From contig NIVC01001837.1 of the NCBI GenBank assembly GCA_002269645.1, positions 1 to 64,000 of the forward strand: a DNA stretch of 64,000 nt, read 5' to 3'. Within the stretch, counting starts at the first letter, position 1. Each line of letters begins with the position of its first letter. A program made the position numbers and the translations under genes. This document shows positions 60,796-64,000 of the stretch, piece after piece. The DNA is from Macrostomum lignano. Taxonomy: Eukaryota. The notes below the pieces were generated by a model, which was given only the letters and a program-made list of their open reading frames with translations, was not told where the DNA came from and searched no databases.

Positions 60796-62212
60796 TCAGG
60801 CGCAGCTGCCAGGGCGGATCAGGCCGAACAGCAGCAGGCCGCTGTCGCTCAGCGAGTTGCCGCCCGACTCGCCGCTGCAGCCGACGCCGGAGCAGAAGGA
60901 GCCGCCGCCGCCGCCGGCCTGCGGATACCAGCTACCGGCAGCGCCGCCGCTGAAGCCGCCACCGCCTCCGGCAGCGCCGCTTTGATGGCTGCCGCCTCCG
61001 CCTCCACCGAAGCCTCCGACAGCGCCCTCGTTGCCGTGTCCGGCGACGCCGCCGACCCAGCCCTGGCTGATGCCGCCTCCGCGATCGCCGTAGCAGGTTC
61101 TGGTCCTGGAGATGGCCACTCCCAGCCAGCCGGCTCCCAGGCCGCCCTTGTATGTCCTTGTAGACGGTCCGTAGCTCCCGGGCTGCCCGTTCGCACCGCC
61201 GTAGCCGACGTAGGAAGCCGTGCCGACCGAGTCGGTTCCGTTTGGACCAGCCGATCCGTTCACGCCTGCGTTGAGGCCACAAAGATAGCAAAGATCGGAG
61301 CTGTGAGTCACCTAAATGCACTACGGTGATCACCATTAAAAGTACTTTAGAATCGTTGGTATCGTTAGAAGTGAAATCACGTTAGAAGTATCATGTTATT
61401 CTTAATTCATAGCCTGTATCTGAATTTATACCTTTGTATCCGATGGAGCCACCGCCGCCTCCGCCAGCAGCCAGGTACAGCAAGTTGTCCGAGCTCCGGT
61501 ACACGAAGGTGCCGCCGCCGCCGCCAGAAGCGGCGTGGTTGTAACTTTGAGTGGCGTCGCCGCCCCGCTGTCCGATCACCAGGCTGAGCTGCGTTCCCGC
61601 CGTCAGGTTGAAGCTGCCTCCGATGCGGGCGCCGAATCCGCCGGTGTAGACGGGGCTGAAGGCCGGGTTGGAGCTGCCGCCTCTGGCTCCGAGCGCCTCC
61701 ATGCGGTAGCAGCCGGTCTCGTTCACCGTCAGGGTCTGGATGGAGCCGGTCCGGCCCGAGCTGCTGTCTGGAATGCGAAGCAGTATGCCGTAATAAGCAA
61801 ATCTTTGAGGAAGTCTTATATCTCATTGAAATCTGAGCATTAGAAGGCAACTGCTCACTTCTATATGTATTATAGGTGATGTTCCACAGGATGTTGATCT
61901 TCTGTGAAACAAAGACCATTTCACCGCTGGTGCCATTGAAGGTTGTGTTGCATTCCGGCCTGGCCAGACGGAACAGCACAGGCTCAACATGAACAGTCCT
62001 GCAGACGCCGTCCTTGAACGCCGCAGCTGCACAGCCTGAGCTGCTGCACCGGAAAAGGCACTCAACGCTGCTGCGGATGCCCTGCAGAACTTCCACAGTC
62101 TTGCAGCTGTTCGTCCCCTGCCCCACGGTAACGACCGAGCCAGTGAGCGACTGTGCCAGACGAAAAACTTCGCTTAAATTTGCCTCTTCGGCTGCTAACG
62201 GGCAGACGAGAC
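60796..62212 (-). CDS. PAN/apple-like + ALK/LTK-type glycine-rich protein, paralogue B (first exon not found)
   Basis: Exons 61859-62212, 61432-61767, 60796-61265 with the same phases as paralogue A; PAN-like C-x3-C-x4-C-x9-C; no in-frame start/signal exon found before the Gypsy element, so possibly disrupted. Confidence 0.75.
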
Positions 62213-62340
62213 CTGGAAGTGTTTTTAGAGCAATGATACCGCTTTTGCAGAAATCATTCGTACGCTCGTAATGTTTTATTCCTTGCCTTAGAGGCAAACT
62301 CGTAGATATTGCTGAATCATTGTCGCTTTAAATATAGGAA

Positions 62341-64000
62341 TGTACATCTCGATCTATATGTACATTGATGTCAATAAATATATCGTTCGCTGCCCCGCAG
62401 GGTTTTCGTGTTTTTGATCTCACACTGCCAAATACCGCGTGTCACAAGTGGTAGCAGAGCTCAGAATGGCAGAGGGCAGCCACCGCGCGATTCCAAGAAC
62501 TTTTGGCGCTCTGGCAACTTTAATGAGTGGCTGCAGCGGTTTGAGCTGTGTGCAGCAGCCAACAAGTGGACAAATGACAAACACCTGCATCTGCCAACGT
62601 TTCTGGATGGCGAGGCTCTGGTGGCCTTCCTTGAGCTCAGCGACAAGGACAGAGCGACTACAGTCAGGTGACCAAAGACAGCACGACTCCGCCAAGATGG
62701 TCCGACAACAGACTGCGACACCTCAGCCGCATCTGGCGGAAGTTGCGAATTCAAGACGGCCTTCTCTGCCCGGCCTTCAACGACGCTGCAAGACCGAGGG
62801 AGGTTCCCGTGATTCCGGAGTTGCTGCGGCGCCAGTTCCTGACCGACATTCACGAGGGCATCGGCGGTCATTTCGGACCGGAGAAAATGGCCGACACGCT
62901 GAAGCAGACCGCGAGTTTCTGCCAGGAGTGCCAGACCTGCCAGCTGAAAAAGGCGCAGCGCCGGCCCGCAGCCCCTCTCGGTGAGATGCCGATCGGCAAG
63001 CCCTGGCAGACGGTGGCGATCGATGTGCTGAAGGTGCCGACATCGGACCGAGGCAACAGCTACCTACTGGTGATGCAGGACCAGTTCTCCAAGTTCCTGA
63101 CCGCCGTGCCGATGCCAGATCCGACCGCCAAAACCATCGCGGACGCTGCAGTGAAAGTCTTCTCTCTGCTCGGAGTCCCGTCCGTCATCCACTCGGACCA
63201 GGGCGCGAACTTCGAGAGCGAGCTGTTCCAGGAGACGCTGAAAACACTGGGCATCAAGAAGATGCGCATTACGCCGTACCATCCGCAGGGAAATGGACTG
63301 GTGGAACGCGGCAACAAGTCGCTGCTGCAGCTGCTGAGGCTGTTCGCCGAGACTGAGTCCAGCTGGGAGGAGCAGCTGCTGCTGGTGGTCCTGTCCTACA
63401 ACTACAGGGTCCACAGCTCAACCAATGTGGCGCCGCTGACGGTGATGACCGGCCGCGACCCGCAGCTCTCGCCGGAGGTGCAGAGCAGCGAGCAGCAGTT
63501 CGACATCGGCACCTACTCAGCACTGCTGGAGCGGCGGCTGGCCCGGATCCGCGAGTTCATCGAGAAGAACCTGGTAGCCGCCGGGCAGCAGCAGAAGGCC
63601 GCTCACAACAAGAAGGCGGCGGACCTGCCGCAGTTCCCGCAAGGTGCCAAGGTGCTGCTCAGCATCGAAATGCGGCGCTCAAAGTCGGCGCCCTACTGGG
63701 AGCCGGGCTGGACGGTGCTTGAGCAGCGCGGTCACTCGGTGTGCATCCGCCGCGCCTTCGGCAGCCGGCCGGTCCGCTGGGTGCACGTGAACCGGCTGCG
63801 CAAGCGGTTCGCAGCCCAGCCCGACTCTGACCAGCTCCGCCAGCAGCCGGTGACCCACCAGGTCGCGCCGGAGACCAGCCAGACCGAGCGGCGGTACCCG
63901 GCCAGGCAGCGGCGGCCTCCGGACTTCTTTGGCGTGAGCACTGAGTGAGAGACAGAGACCGGTGTGGACTGTTCTTTTATTGCATCTGTTGTAGCTGGTT
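62341..64000 (+). mobile_element. Internally deleted Ty3/Gypsy LTR retrotransposon (LTR end, PBS, gag fragment, integrase)
   Basis: Putative LTR end ...TCACA at 62446 with AATAAA at 62373; PBS TGGTAGCAGAG at 62449-62459; frameshifted gag start (ATG 62466; NFNEWLQRFELCAAANKW); no PR/RT/RNase H before the integrase; LTR start and 3' LTR not seen. Confidence 0.85.
62668..63948 (+). pseudogene. Gypsy-type integrase ORF (H2C2 + rve DDE core), N-terminally truncated pol remnant
   Basis: IHEGIGGHFG..CQECQTCQ, PWQTVAIDVL, GNSYLLVMQDQFSKF, IHSDQGANFES, TPYHPQGNGLVER; about 10 residues (the usual YWP segment) appear missing from the H2C2 finger. Confidence 0.9.

Noticed and set aside
62240-62330. Local ATGs as the start of paralogue B (MIQQYLRVCL*, MISAKAVSLL*)
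   Set aside because: Both hit in-frame stops and are out of phase with exon 2; they would need a frameshift or sequencing error that cannot be shown here.

Overview
Eukaryotic (metazoan) genomic DNA with spliceosomal GT-AG introns, GC-rich exons and about one third of the window in tandem repeats. The style resembles a free-living flatworm such as Macrostomum (inference only). Supported genes: an intronless FLYWCH zinc-finger protein (+), a 5-exon NADP-type malic enzyme (-), an intronless sigma-1 receptor/ERG2 homologue (+), an orphan terminal exon (-), a ~16-exon copine (+), a 2-exon calmodulin-like protein (-), a DM9-repeat lectin-like protein (+), and two tandem paralogues (-) joining a PAN/apple-like domain to an ALK/LTK-type glycine-rich domain. 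Mobile DNA: an internally deleted Ty3/Gypsy element with an initiator-Met PBS, a mariner relic, two hAT-type MITEs and two tRNA-derived SINE families. There is no CRISPR array and no prokaryotic content; nearly all long six-frame ORFs are repeat artefacts. Most notable: (i) unrelated minisatellites inflate introns and several start on functional signals, e.g. a 67-bp unit carrying a 3' splice site in 15 copies, an array starting at a donor, and one containing a stop codon; (ii) the kinase-less PAN + Gly-rich paralogues have near-identical 3' halves (including an intron) but divergent PAN exons. Exon coordinates were read by hand.
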